The notes: a model not told the origin generated them from the letters alone. 24,905 nucleotides of DNA from a virus (IMGVR_UViG_3300045241_000035:1-24905), one strand, 5' to 3'; positions 8,541-17,455 are shown, counted from the first letter of the stretch. Program-made: numbers and translations.

Positions 8541-8597
8541 CTACCGCCTCCGGCGCCCGCGAAATCGCAACCTGCGTCCTCGTCTGCGTCTGGCCAT
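8541..8597 (-). CDS. Protamine-like microprotein 1 (18 aa, MARRRRGRRLRFRGRRRR)
   Basis: Manually translated; GAGGAG RBS 6 nt upstream of ATG; 12 of 18 residues Arg. Confidence 0.75.
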   Translation of the reverse strand: MARRRRGRRLRFRGRRRR

Positions 8598-8655
8598 GCT
8601 CTTCTCCTCTGTTGAGTCGGCTGGGTACTTTGACGCCCGGAAATCTAGAATCTGC

Positions 8656-10269
8656 TTATGCTCCCCACAATGTCCTCTCCTCGGTCATGATGTGGAGGCG
8701 CTCGATGGTAAAATCCGGCGAAACGCTCTCCAAGTCAACAGCGCCCGCGATGCCGGCGCCGGAGATGGGCTGCGGTTCCATGCCGTAGCGTTTGCCCGGT
8801 GGGATCTCGAACCCGATGTCTTCGACCCCGCCCGGAATGCCGCCGGCGCCGGAGCTGAAGGTGCCGGTGAACGAGGCCCCACCGCCGTGGTTGTCGTAGA
8901 ATTCCATGAATAGCCGCTTGCCGCTCTTGATCGCCAGCTGCGACATCCCGGTGCCGCGTATGTACTTGGTCGAGAGCCGCTTTTTCAAAGCGTTATCCGG
9001 TTGCGCGAACAGCTGGTACAGGCGGTCACCGTCAGTGCCGTAAGGCGTGATGACGCTGTCCTGCTCGTAGGCGCCGATATTGGTCAGCTCCAGGTTTTGC
9101 GACGCCACCGACCAGAATTCGGTCTGCACCCTGGGGTGCCACATCAGCAGCATACTGCGAGTGACGCCGAACGGATCCTTGAAGCGGCCGTTGCACAGCA
9201 GCACGCGCTGGCCGAACATGGTGGCGGGGCACATCGTCGGCAGGAACGTCGAGGCGTCCAGAGTGTCGTAGATGTTGGTGATCTTGTCGCCGATCTCACG
9301 CGCCTCGCCGCCGCGCATTTCGAAGATTCCAGCGCCCGTGAACAGCTGCATGTAGCGGCCGATGCGCCCCACCGGACGCGGAAAGCGCTGACCGATCTGC
9401 GGATCGATGTTTTCGTAATTCATGTTGGTGGTGAAGGGCGCATCCGGCGTACCCTGGCCGGCCAGCTGCACGTTGGCGATCAGATCGGTCGATGAATCGC
9501 CGTAGACGTACAGATAGCCGCTGGCTGCGGCCAGATCCTGGTAGCTGTAGGTCAGCTTGTCGCCGAAATAGCCGAACGAGCCGCCGCCGTCTACGGTGGC
9601 GAAGTTGGCGCCGTTCGATGGTGCGGAAAAACTCACCACGTCCTTGCCGGCGACAAACAACCGGCTCTGGTACACCTCCATGCAGTAGATGCCGGGCAGT
9701 CCGCTCGGCATGGTGAAGGTGGTGCCGGTGGTTTCCGCCGAATCAGTCAGCCAGTCCGGCGCCGGATCGCCGGGAGCGGAAAGCAGCGTGCCATCCCAGG
9801 CGTACAGCCCCTTCGGCGACCCGAACAGCACCCCGCCGGTCTGTCCGGCGACGCTGCCGAAGAATTGCGGTCGCCACACCTTGGCGCTGGCCCAGTAGTA
9901 CGGCGGCGCGGTCGGGGTCCACGCAGCTCCGACATGGGTCACCACCTGAGTGTCGAGGTCGACCTGATCGATGGTGCCGTCGTCGAGGAACATCCAGCCC
10001 AGTCGCCCCGGCGGCGGCTTCTGGAATTGCGGCGTGGTGTTGCCGATGAAGCCGAAGAACATCCGCACGATTTTGGTGCCGGCCGGCGCGGTGTAGATCG
10101 CCGGTCCGTGGCCCCAGCACGAGCGCAGATTGCCGGGGGCGATGGCAAATAAATTCTCATTCCAGAACTCCTCACGATGATCTATACTGCCCCTTCGGCC
10201 CTGCTGATTGAGACCGCGCCACTCTTCTAAGGTCAGTAACGCGGGAGGGTTGTCGCTTTGAATCGCCAT
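8656..10269 (-). CDS. Tail tubular/nozzle protein (functionally P22 gp10 / T7 gp12-like beta-propeller) (537 aa)
   Basis: Beta-rich sequence with VYQSRLFVAG...VSFSAP and GYLYVYG motifs typical of podophage nozzle proteins; position after adaptor. Confidence 0.72.
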   Translation of the reverse strand: MAIQSDNPPALLTLEEWRGLNQQGRRGSIDHREEFWNENLFAIAPGNLRSCWGHGPAIYTAPAGTKIVRMFFGFIGNTTPQFQKPPPGRLGWMFLDDGTIDQVDLDTQVVTHVGAAWTPTAPPYYWASAKVWRPQFFGSVAGQTGGVLFGSPKGLYAWDGTLLSAPGDPAPDWLTDSAETTGTTFTMPSGLPGIYCMEVYQSRLFVAGKDVVSFSAPSNGANFATVDGGGSFGYFGDKLTYSYQDLAAASGYLYVYGDSSTDLIANVQLAGQGTPDAPFTTNMNYENIDPQIGQRFPRPVGRIGRYMQLFTGAGIFEMRGGEAREIGDKITNIYDTLDASTFLPTMCPATMFGQRVLLCNGRFKDPFGVTRSMLLMWHPRVQTEFWSVASQNLELTNIGAYEQDSVITPYGTDGDRLYQLFAQPDNALKKRLSTKYIRGTGMSQLAIKSGKRLFMEFYDNHGGGASFTGTFSSGAGGIPGGVEDIGFEIPPGKRYGMEPQPISGAGIAGAVDLESVSPDFTIERLHIMTEERTLWGA

Positions 10270-10632
10270 CGAATTACCCCTGAATATGTGCGCGAGTTGC
10301 TCGACTATGACCCGGAGACGGGTGAGTTAACTTGGCGCGAGACCAAGAGTGGACGAACCAGCAAAATAGCCGGGACAGTCCAGCCTTGCCACAACGGGTA
10401 TCGTAGGAAGGTTGTGATCGACTACGGGATGTACATGGCGCATCGCGTCATCTGGCTTTGGATGACCGGGAAGTGGCCTCGTGGGGATATTGATCACAAA
10501 GACCGCAACGGTCTTAACAATAGGTGGACCAATTTGCACGTGGTTACCAAGGCGGAAAACAACAAGAATCGCGTAAAGAAGTTTAACTGGACAAAAAAGC
10601 CTCCCGGTCGCAAGCCGTGGGTCAATGTTTAG
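10258..10632 (+). CDS. HNH homing endonuclease (HNH_3 type)
   Basis: RELLDYDPETGELTW N-terminus, YMAHRVIWLWMTG, IDHKDRNGLNNRWTNL...ENNKN; GGAGG 9 nt before TTG start; lower GC than flanks. Confidence 0.93.
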   Translation: MNRHRITPEYVRELLDYDPETGELTWRETKSGRTSKIAGTVQPCHNGYRRKVVIDYGMYMAHRVIWLWMTGKWPRGDIDHKDRNGLNNRWTNLHVVTKAENNKNRVKKFNWTKKPPGRKPWVNV

Positions 10633-11363
10633 GCCGATCGGAGCGTAGCACCATACGCTGTTTGAATCATCGTTGGGCACACCACCGATGCACACAGCGG
10701 AAGTTCGGCATTGAAAATCGTCGCCATCGCGGTGGCGTCCTCACGCCGCTGCTGCTGCAGCAGCGCCAGTGTCGCTGCCCAGTACGATACGGCGTCAGAC
10801 CATGGATACGGGATCGGGCAGGCGTCGTTGTCGGTCAAGAGCGGTTGCGGAATGATGGTGAGGTCGACTTCCATCGGCATTGATTGCGTTGGTATCGGCG
10901 CGAGGTAGATCGAGCCCGTGGTGCCGTGTCCGAACTGCGACCACCAGCCGGGTTCGCTGATGGTGCCCATGAACGTTCCGCCGTAGATCCGGAATCTGCT
11001 CTGGAAGTCGGTCCAGACAATTCGCCGCCATAGCGGCTTCCAGGAGCCGCCGACGATTCTGCCATGGCCGAGATCGTCGATCTGCCAGCGACCACCGATC
11101 CCGATCGCGAGCGAGCGGCAGGCTAGGATCGACTGGGCTTGCGGCATGATGCCCTGGATCAGCGCAGTCCAGTCCGAGAACGGATAGGCCTCCTGGTTCG
11201 GAATGGTCTGCGCGCCCGGCGGCATGATGCGCAGGCAGCCGCTGACGGCGGCGATGCGGCGGCGCGAGCGGTTGATGTAGTTGGTCAGCGTCGGTGGTGT
11301 GAAGAACTGGCCCTGCGAATCATTCAGCAGGTTTTGCGTCTCGGTGATGTATTGGGCCAGCAT
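10629..11363 (-). CDS. Head-tail adaptor / tail tubular protein A-like (244 aa)
   Basis: LTNYINRSRRRIA N-terminal helix, IYLAPIP, PIPYPWSDAVSYWAA pattern of podophage adaptor proteins; position. Confidence 0.75.
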   Translation of the reverse strand: MLAQYITETQNLLNDSQGQFFTPPTLTNYINRSRRRIAAVSGCLRIMPPGAQTIPNQEAYPFSDWTALIQGIMPQAQSILACRSLAIGIGGRWQIDDLGHGRIVGGSWKPLWRRIVWTDFQSRFRIYGGTFMGTISEPGWWSQFGHGTTGSIYLAPIPTQSMPMEVDLTIIPQPLLTDNDACPIPYPWSDAVSYWAATLALLQQQRREDATAMATIFNAELPLCASVVCPTMIQTAYGATLRSA

Positions 11364-11369
11364 GGCCCA

Positions 11370-12191
11370 TCATGCCGCTTTTCGGCGGGATTTGGCAGCT
11401 TCTTCCTTGTGAGCTGGTTTCGGCTCTGGTTCCGGCGGGGTTTCCCGAACCAGCGTGAGCGAGCGCGGGAAGCGGCCATCGCCGCCAGGCGTGGTTGGAG
11501 CTCCGGCCGGCACGTTGGGCCCCCAGCCGTCGAGCACGATATTCAGAGTCGAGGCCGTGTTGGGCGGCGTCGAGGGCGGTTTTCCTCCTGTATAGACGTT
11601 GGAGAACACGATGGTCGGCGATGGGAAGGTGGAAGTGAATTTGGGGAAGTAGCCGCCGGGCTGTGCCGGCACGGTGGCGCTGCCGGTCTGGTACTTGATC
11701 AGCGGGTAGCCGGCGAACGAGGGCGGCACGGCGGCAGCGGCGACCACCGGACCTACCAGCGGCCCTACCGGGACTGTGCCAATCGGTGGTGGTGTCGGTG
11801 GAGGGAAATTAGGCGGCGCGCCTCCTCCCTGGCCGACCAGCGGGGGCGGAAAAATCGGGGTGAAGCCCGGGAAAACGTCGAACACCGCCGCCCATGTCAG
11901 ATTGAACTTGGCGCCGGTGCCAGCGCCGCTGGTGGAGACTTGCGCGACTGGATTAGCCGGGGGCGAAGTCGAGCTACCGGGATTGATGATGGTCACCGAA
12001 GCGACCGCGTCGGCGGTCATGGTGGTGGCCTTGACGACGACGCCAGCCGCCAGGGTGATGGTGTCGTTGAGGGCGTAGCCGGTGCCGCCCTGACCCGCCG
12101 CGACCAGCGCCTTGATGCATCCCTGTGTGATTATTTTGGGATCCGCTAGTTCAGCGGCGGGCGCGGTGTGTTCTTCGGGTTTCTTGGCCAT
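11370..12191 (-). CDS. Putative structural/decoration protein, Pro-rich (273 aa from ATG 12191)
   Basis: GGTGYALNDTITL...VASVTIINPG...GAGTGAKFNL module resembles small beta-domains of phage structural proteins; TGATG coupling. Confidence 0.6.
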   Translation of the reverse strand: MAKKPEEHTAPAAELADPKIITQGCIKALVAAGQGGTGYALNDTITLAAGVVVKATTMTADAVASVTIINPGSSTSPPANPVAQVSTSGAGTGAKFNLTWAAVFDVFPGFTPIFPPPLVGQGGGAPPNFPPPTPPPIGTVPVGPLVGPVVAAAAVPPSFAGYPLIKYQTGSATVPAQPGGYFPKFTSTFPSPTIVFSNVYTGGKPPSTPPNTASTLNIVLDGWGPNVPAGAPTTPGGDGRFPRSLTLVRETPPEPEPKPAHKEEAAKSRRKAA

Positions 12192-12475
12192 CAATAGCCC
12201 CATCGGCGCATGGTCATCGCCATTGGCGACGGTGGTGGCGGCGGCTGGTTACAGCAACAGGTTTTACGCGTCCCGATCAGACCGGTGCCGGGGACGATCT
12301 GGCCGGGTGAAGGCACCGGAGCATAGGGCGGATCGAGCAGATGCGAGCACGGGATAACGTAATGCGGCCAACACGCCGGCAGCGCCACCAGCGGCCCCAC
12401 CGGCCTGGAGAACGGCGGCACAGCGCAGGGGAACGAAGCCGTTTTACAGGGGGTCGTGGCCGGCGGACAGTACAT
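12191..12475 (-). CDS. Cys/Pro-rich small protein (94 aa)
   Basis: AGGTG RBS; fills gap between capsid and next gene with TGATG coupling. Confidence 0.55.
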   Translation of the reverse strand: MYCPPATTPCKTASFPCAVPPFSRPVGPLVALPACWPHYVIPCSHLLDPPYAPVPSPGQIVPGTGLIGTRKTCCCNQPPPPPSPMAMTMRRWGY

Positions 12476-12492
12476 AGGTCACCTGCGGCGTT

Positions 12493-13521
12493 TTACGGAG
12501 GCGGAGCCGCCGGGAATCCAGCCTGACCTCCAGTGATGCCTCGGATGATGACGCCGGTCGATGGCTTGGAGCAGACCAGATTAAGCGCGGTGAGCGACAG
12601 TCCGACGCTGGCGATCTGGCCCTGCGGAATGGTCGAATACCAGCCGGTCCAGGCGAAGTTGGCGTCTTCGTGAATAACCAGCGTGATGTACTTGCTATTG
12701 AAGCCGAAAGCCGTTCCGACCGGGCAATTGAGGTCAAAAAAGATCGGAGTGTCGCCAAGTAGTAGGCCTCTAAAGCCTGAATTAACCGGATCATCCTTGC
12801 CCCAGCGGCTCGACGGGTCGTTGTTGTAGCGTTCCACCGTCATGAAGTCGGTCAACAGTGTCGTCCAGTCCTCGACCGACATCACTACAAAATCCAGTGC
12901 TTCGCCGCCGGAGTTTTTCACCGCCTTGAGCAGCGTCGGGATCAGAGCGGCGCGGGTCAGCACCGCACCTGCGGTGGCGATATTGAGACCGGCCCAGGTC
13001 GGGAAGGTGGCGCGATCGAGACCGCCGTAGATGCCGGTGGCGCCGTAGGCGTCCTGCAGCGAGAACATCTGCAGCACGTTGGCGGTGGGCGGGCCGAACA
13101 GCGCGGCCGACAGCGACGCTAGCGCGGAATTCTTCAGGTCATTGAGCTTGAGCATCAGGCGGGAGGCCACGGCGATGGCATCCTGGGTCACCAGTTGCTC
13201 AAGACCCAACGATGACACTGGGGTTGCCAGTGCGCATAGGTTGAATTCGGCGTTGACGGTGGCGGCGACATCGGTCGGCAGGTTGAACTGGCCGGCCGGC
13301 CCAATCCAGCTCGATGTGACGTATTGGCCGGTCTGCACCGGCTGGGTGTAGGGCGAGACGCCGCCCGAGGCGCGGATGGCATTGCGCAGCAATAGCGCCA
13401 GCAAAGGATTCTGTCGGTACAAAAGAACCACGACCATTTGCGCAAAGACACGTCTGACGGTCGCTTCTAATTCCAGCCCAATCGGGCCTGAGGGGATCAG
13501 GCCAGAGCCTAAAATGGGCAT
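12493..13521 (-). CDS. Major capsid protein (HK97 fold expected) (342 aa)
   Basis: Size, GGAGG RBS, position after scaffold; NPLLALL, YGGLDRATFPTW, NSGFRGLLLGDTPIFFDLNCP, FNSKYI segments resemble podophage capsid proteins. Confidence 0.85.
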   Translation of the reverse strand: MPILGSGLIPSGPIGLELEATVRRVFAQMVVVLLYRQNPLLALLLRNAIRASGGVSPYTQPVQTGQYVTSSWIGPAGQFNLPTDVAATVNAEFNLCALATPVSSLGLEQLVTQDAIAVASRLMLKLNDLKNSALASLSAALFGPPTANVLQMFSLQDAYGATGIYGGLDRATFPTWAGLNIATAGAVLTRAALIPTLLKAVKNSGGEALDFVVMSVEDWTTLLTDFMTVERYNNDPSSRWGKDDPVNSGFRGLLLGDTPIFFDLNCPVGTAFGFNSKYITLVIHEDANFAWTGWYSTIPQGQIASVGLSLTALNLVCSKPSTGVIIRGITGGQAGFPAAPPP

Positions 13522-13533
13522 ACGTGCCTCCCG

Positions 13534-14088
13534 CTAAAACTTGCGTTGTTTGTTGCGATCTTCGTCGCGGCGGATTGCGCCCAGAATTTGCTTGCGAGCC
13601 CAGCTCTCGGGATCGGCGGAGATGTCCGCGAAGCCTTCCTGCTTGGAATGATCCCAAAAGTGATCGCGGCCGGCGTCGGCGTCGGCGTCGCTCTGCCGTG
13701 GCTGCTTAGCGACCCGGTATTGTGCAGCGACCTCGTAGTCACCGATGTTCTTTTCCAGCATGAACTTTTCCAGGTCCTTCATGCCATCGTCGGTGAAGCC
13801 GTATTCGTCCTGAGTCTTTTTGCGAATCTCCTGGAAGCGCGCCTCCTGCGCATCGGCGGCTTTCTTGCGCTCCAGATCCTCGAACCTTTTGGTCTCGTGA
13901 TCGATGCGCTGATTGATGCGGCTCTCGATGTCGTAGTCGGGAATCTGGACCTGGGGGTAGGCCTGCTTGATCAGCCGCTTGGCTTCCTTGCCCAACTGTG
14001 GGTGGTTGTAAATCGGCTCAACGAAGTCGGCGATTTGCGCGCGGGTCATGAGGCGATTGTATTCCTCGTCCGATATTTCGCGCGGCAT
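13534..14088 (-). CDS. Capsid scaffolding protein (184 aa)
   Basis: Charged coiled-coil protein directly upstream of capsid gene. Confidence 0.65.
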   Translation of the reverse strand: MPREISDEEYNRLMTRAQIADFVEPIYNHPQLGKEAKRLIKQAYPQVQIPDYDIESRINQRIDHETKRFEDLERKKAADAQEARFQEIRKKTQDEYGFTDDGMKDLEKFMLEKNIGDYEVAAQYRVAKQPRQSDADADAGRDHFWDHSKQEGFADISADPESWARKQILGAIRRDEDRNKQRKF

Positions 14089-14099
14089 GGTGGTGCGCC

Positions 14100-14285
14100 C
14101 TAGTTGTTGTTGGTCTTGCCGATGATGTTGGGCTGCAGCGGCACGCCGCCTTCAGGCTTGGGAACGATCTTCGGAATCGCGCCCCACTCCGAGACCTCGG
14201 ACTGGGTATCGACCTGCAGCACGGTGCGCGGAGGGGTGTCGGGCGGGGTGGCGATCGGGGGGTCGTAGCTACGGTTCTGGGCCAT
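14100..14285 (-). CDS. Small hypothetical head-module protein (61 aa)
   Basis: GGAG RBS; between portal and scaffold. Confidence 0.7.
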   Translation of the reverse strand: MAQNRSYDPPIATPPDTPPRTVLQVDTQSEVSEWGAIPKIVPKPEGGVPLQPNIIGKTNNN

Positions 14286-14309
14286 GATGGGTCTCCGGTT
14301 TTTTCCTTA

Positions 14310-14813
14310 CTACGCGCCGGGTAGCGGCGTCGAGGGCATCGGCGCGGCTCCGCCCGGAGGCGTCGGGCCAGCCGGGCCGCCCTCTTGACCTGCTTTGGCG
14401 GCGGCTTGCTGCTGCATGATCTTCTGCAGCAGGGCATTGCGGATGGTGTTGCGTAGCATGTCCTGCAGCTGGGTCTGCTGCACGCCGGAAGTGGTGGCGC
14501 CCTGTTGGCCAACGTGGCGGCTGAGCGACTGCAGCGCCTTGAGCGTGTCGCGATGAATCGGGCTGCCGGGCGCCAGTCCTGGCAGCGCTTGTTGCAGCAT
14601 TCCCATGGCGTTCATCACCATGGTCATCGAGGAGGCTTGATCGCCGGGGCCAGGGCTTGAGACCTGCGGCCCGGTTTGACGTCGGGACAGCGCCGCGAGC
14701 AGCGGGCCGCCTCCAGGCTGTGGGGGTCCACCAGGAGCACCGCCACCGGCGGCGTCGGGGTCGGGTCCGCCAGGACCGGGTACGGGGTCGGTTACGGAAT
14801 CGCCGTTTGCCAT
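14310..14813 (-). CDS. Hypothetical Pro/Gly/Gln-rich protein (167 aa)
   Basis: Low-complexity ends with a helical core; immediately after portal. Confidence 0.7.
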   Translation of the reverse strand: MANGDSVTDPVPGPGGPDPDAAGGGAPGGPPQPGGGPLLAALSRRQTGPQVSSPGPGDQASSMTMVMNAMGMLQQALPGLAPGSPIHRDTLKALQSLSRHVGQQGATTSGVQQTQLQDMLRNTIRNALLQKIMQQQAAAKAGQEGGPAGPTPPGGAAPMPSTPLPGA

Positions 14814-14852
14814 GGGGCCGGCAAGCTAAACCCGTCCGGCCGGTTCCGCAAC

Positions 14853-16574
14853 CTACCTCCCCCGTGGGGAGCTTCTGCCGCTCTTTTTGCCGGCCCGGCT
14901 GCCGATCCCAATCACGTCGCGGATGATCTCTTCCTGCTTTTCCTGGGCTGCGGCTTCGCCCTGCTTCTTCTGGCGCTGCCGCAACCGCGACAGCAGCAGT
15001 TCGGCGCCCGGCGGATGCAGCATGTGGATCAGGTCCTCGCCATCGATGGCGCCGGCCCGGGCCAGTGCGATCGCGACCTGACGGTTGTCCTCGGCAAACG
15101 CCGGCGAGGCCGAATGGCTATCGACCTGGACCTGGAAATCGTCCGGGAACTCCTTCAGCGTGAATTCGATGCCGTTATCGGTGCGGTAGATGCGCGGATC
15201 CTGGGCCTGCATGATCCGCATGCTGAGATAGCCGCTTTCGGCGAGTTGGCGCTCGACCCGTGCGGCCTGATCGATCAGGCGCGGCGACGAGGTCCGCACC
15301 AGGGTCTGGGCGTGAACGCCAGCGCGCACTCCTGGCTCGCCCTGGCCGCTCATGATCGGGGAGAACCCTGATGCCTCCTCGAACAGACTGAGAATGAACT
15401 GCAGCTCCTCCATGTAGCCCTGCGGCGGCGGCTCCAGCAGCTTGTTGGCTTTGGCGTTCGGGTTGGGGTCGTTGAGGAAGCCGCCCTCGTTGATGATCTT
15501 GAAATACTGCTCTTCGGTGATCGAGGTGAAGCCGGAGAACACCTGTGGTGCGTTGACGTTGCGGTCCCACATCACCTTGATGTCGCGCAGTCGCTTGTTG
15601 AGCACATCCTGCAGCATCTGCACGTCCGAGATCAACGAGCGGCCCCAGAAGTAGCCCGGGGTGATCTGCGGCTGGATCTTGACGAACGAGGTGCGGCCAG
15701 GAACCCGCGACAGATTGCGCCGCGTCACGTCGCCCTCGATGATCACGTCCGGATACACCAGCTGGATGGTGGTGTAGTCACCGCCACGTTCGCGATCTTT
15801 GACCCATAGCTCGCAGAATTTCACAGTAGGGGTGATACGCCGATTTGGCCGCCACGGCGTCGGCACCGGGAACACGTTGACGATGCCGGCGGCTTCGGAA
15901 TTCGGCATCCCGCCAGGATCGCCCAGCGGGTTCAGTCCGCCCACCACCATCTGGTGAAAATAGCTCGGCTGCTCCTCGTCCTTGGTCGTTGGCCGTCCGG
16001 CCTCGATGCGGGCGATGATTTCGCGTCTGCGCGGGTGGTCCTCCAGCAGCGAACGCAGCCGCGACATGGTCGGGTAGGTGACGTGGACGAACGCTTCCTG
16101 CTCGTCGAGGTCGAGGATGGTCTCGCCCAGCACGCCAAAATTCTGTGGATGCACCAGCGCTAGCTTGAAGCCTTCGTCGTGTGGGAAGTGCTTCAGCAGC
16201 TGACAGCCATTGACCATCGACCACGTCACGGCGTCCGCGAAGGTGATGTCAGAGTCGGTCGAGCGGTAGTCGGCGGTCAGCTTCTCCGACACCAGCCGGG
16301 CCCGCTCCAGCACATTGTCGTCCTCGCCGGTATCGAACACCACCTGGAAGCGCACGTCGGTCGGCTGCATCAAAAAGCCGCTCAGCTTGTCGATGAACGG
16401 CTTGGTCTTGTTGTAGATCGCGGCGCGGCTGTCGTAGGTGCCGCAATAATAATATTGCGCAGCGCGGGTGTAGACCATCGCCCGCTCTTCGACGCTGGCC
16501 ATGCATTCGTCTACAACTTCTTTAACCCAAAGCTCCAAATCTCCGTCTTTGTTATCTTTGGGAATTTTGAGCAC
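14853..16574 (-). CDS. Portal protein (P22-like) (573 aa, GTG start)
   Basis: AIYNKTKPFID, GYFWGRSLISDVQMLQDVLNKR, EEASGFSPIMSGQG portal motifs; size and position. Confidence 0.88.
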   Translation of the reverse strand: MLKIPKDNKDGDLELWVKEVVDECMASVEERAMVYTRAAQYYYCGTYDSRAAIYNKTKPFIDKLSGFLMQPTDVRFQVVFDTGEDDNVLERARLVSEKLTADYRSTDSDITFADAVTWSMVNGCQLLKHFPHDEGFKLALVHPQNFGVLGETILDLDEQEAFVHVTYPTMSRLRSLLEDHPRRREIIARIEAGRPTTKDEEQPSYFHQMVVGGLNPLGDPGGMPNSEAAGIVNVFPVPTPWRPNRRITPTVKFCELWVKDRERGGDYTTIQLVYPDVIIEGDVTRRNLSRVPGRTSFVKIQPQITPGYFWGRSLISDVQMLQDVLNKRLRDIKVMWDRNVNAPQVFSGFTSITEEQYFKIINEGGFLNDPNPNAKANKLLEPPPQGYMEELQFILSLFEEASGFSPIMSGQGEPGVRAGVHAQTLVRTSSPRLIDQAARVERQLAESGYLSMRIMQAQDPRIYRTDNGIEFTLKEFPDDFQVQVDSHSASPAFAEDNRQVAIALARAGAIDGEDLIHMLHPPGAELLLSRLRQRQKKQGEAAAQEKQEEIIRDVIGIGSRAGKKSGRSSPRGR

Positions 16575-16776
16575 GGTCCCACTCCTTGTCCATCGATCGC
16601 CACTCGATCTCGCGATGGATCGCGTTGAGCAGAGCCACGATATTTGGCGGGCTTTTCTTCATCCAGCGCCAGAGATATTTCTCATACGCGATCAGATCGC
16701 TGGTCCGCATTTTTGTCAGCGCGGTTTGGCTCACCTCAAGCGGCACGACCTTGCCTTTGTAGACGGCCGGACTCAT
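16552..16776 (-). CDS. Hypothetical protein (74 aa)
   Basis: ATGA coupling upstream; overlaps the portal start. Confidence 0.6.
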   Translation of the reverse strand: MSPAVYKGKVVPLEVSQTALTKMRTSDLIAYEKYLWRWMKKSPPNIVALLNAIHREIEWRSMDKEWDRAQNSQR

Positions 16777-17000
16777 TTGTGACGCCCATCGACATGGGAG
16801 CGGCGAACATCCCCGGCGCGAAAGCGATCGTCGCTTACTTCGTGGCCGCTGCGATGGACGACATGACGCAAATGATGCGAGAGCGAATGCCAGAGATCGC
16901 GATCGTCACCGCGATCATGCCGCACGCGGTGTAACTGCCGAAAGTCTTCTAGCGCGTGACAGGCGTGGCGGTGGATGGCGTCATGGTTAGTCCAACTCAT
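16773..17000 (-). CDS. His/Arg/Asp-rich small protein (75 aa from ATG 17000)
   Basis: TGATG and ATGA overlaps on both sides; exactly fills the gap. Confidence 0.5.
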   Translation of the reverse strand: MSWTNHDAIHRHACHALEDFRQLHRVRHDRGDDRDLWHSLSHHLRHVVHRSGHEVSDDRFRAGDVRRSHVDGRHK

Positions 17001-17455
17001 CACCACACCCTCATGGCTCGCTTCTTCGAATTGGCGATCAGGTCCGGCTCAGCGCCGCTCTTGAGATTGGCCTGCAGGATGTCCAGCCCACTGCCGTGCT
17101 TGAGCCGGGTCTCGCGCCCGGAGGCGATCGCCTGCTGCAGGGTTTCGCCAGCGGCCTGCCAGCTCGATTGCGGAATCTCGCGCGAGGCATCCTGGTAGCG
17201 CACCGTCGGTGTCAAGGCGTGCTTGTCGCGCTGCATGTCGGCGACGTGATAATCCCTGGCCGCGATGTCCTCGGCGATGGCTTGAGCCTTCGCAGCCGGC
17301 GTTCCGCCAATCGCGAACGGCCTGAATTCCTGCGACATGGGACGCGCCGCGCATTCCGGGCAGGTGGGCGACGGCGCGTCCCAGTCATCGGCAGGGATCG
17401 TCAAATCCAGCCGGTGATTGCAGTCCTCGCATTGATAGGTGCGGATGATCGGCAT
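17000..17455 (-). CDS. FmdB-like zinc-ribbon protein (151 aa)
   Basis: MPIIRTYQCEDC...CPEC matches the FmdB/CxxC ribbon N-terminus. Confidence 0.75.
   Translation of the reverse strand: MPIIRTYQCEDCNHRLDLTIPADDWDAPSPTCPECAARPMSQEFRPFAIGGTPAAKAQAIAEDIAARDYHVADMQRDKHALTPTVRYQDASREIPQSSWQAAGETLQQAIASGRETRLKHGSGLDILQANLKSGAEPDLIANSKKRAMRVW

Noticed and set aside
8010-8913. Plus-strand ORFs over the Arg-peptide array (8200-8913, 8010-8348, 8108-8341)
   Set aside because: Antisense to the operon, no RBS or recognisable domain; the minus-strand tiling with coupled starts and stops explains the region better
10327-10695. Minus-strand 122-aa ORF that would keep the operon continuous, or an intron interpretation of the HNH insert
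   Set aside because: It is the antisense shadow of a clear HNH gene; flanking genes appear complete and there is no room for a group I intron core
12444-12520. Possible programmed frameshift extension of the capsid protein
   Set aside because: No clear slippery heptamer before the stop, and the alternative frame adds only a few residues
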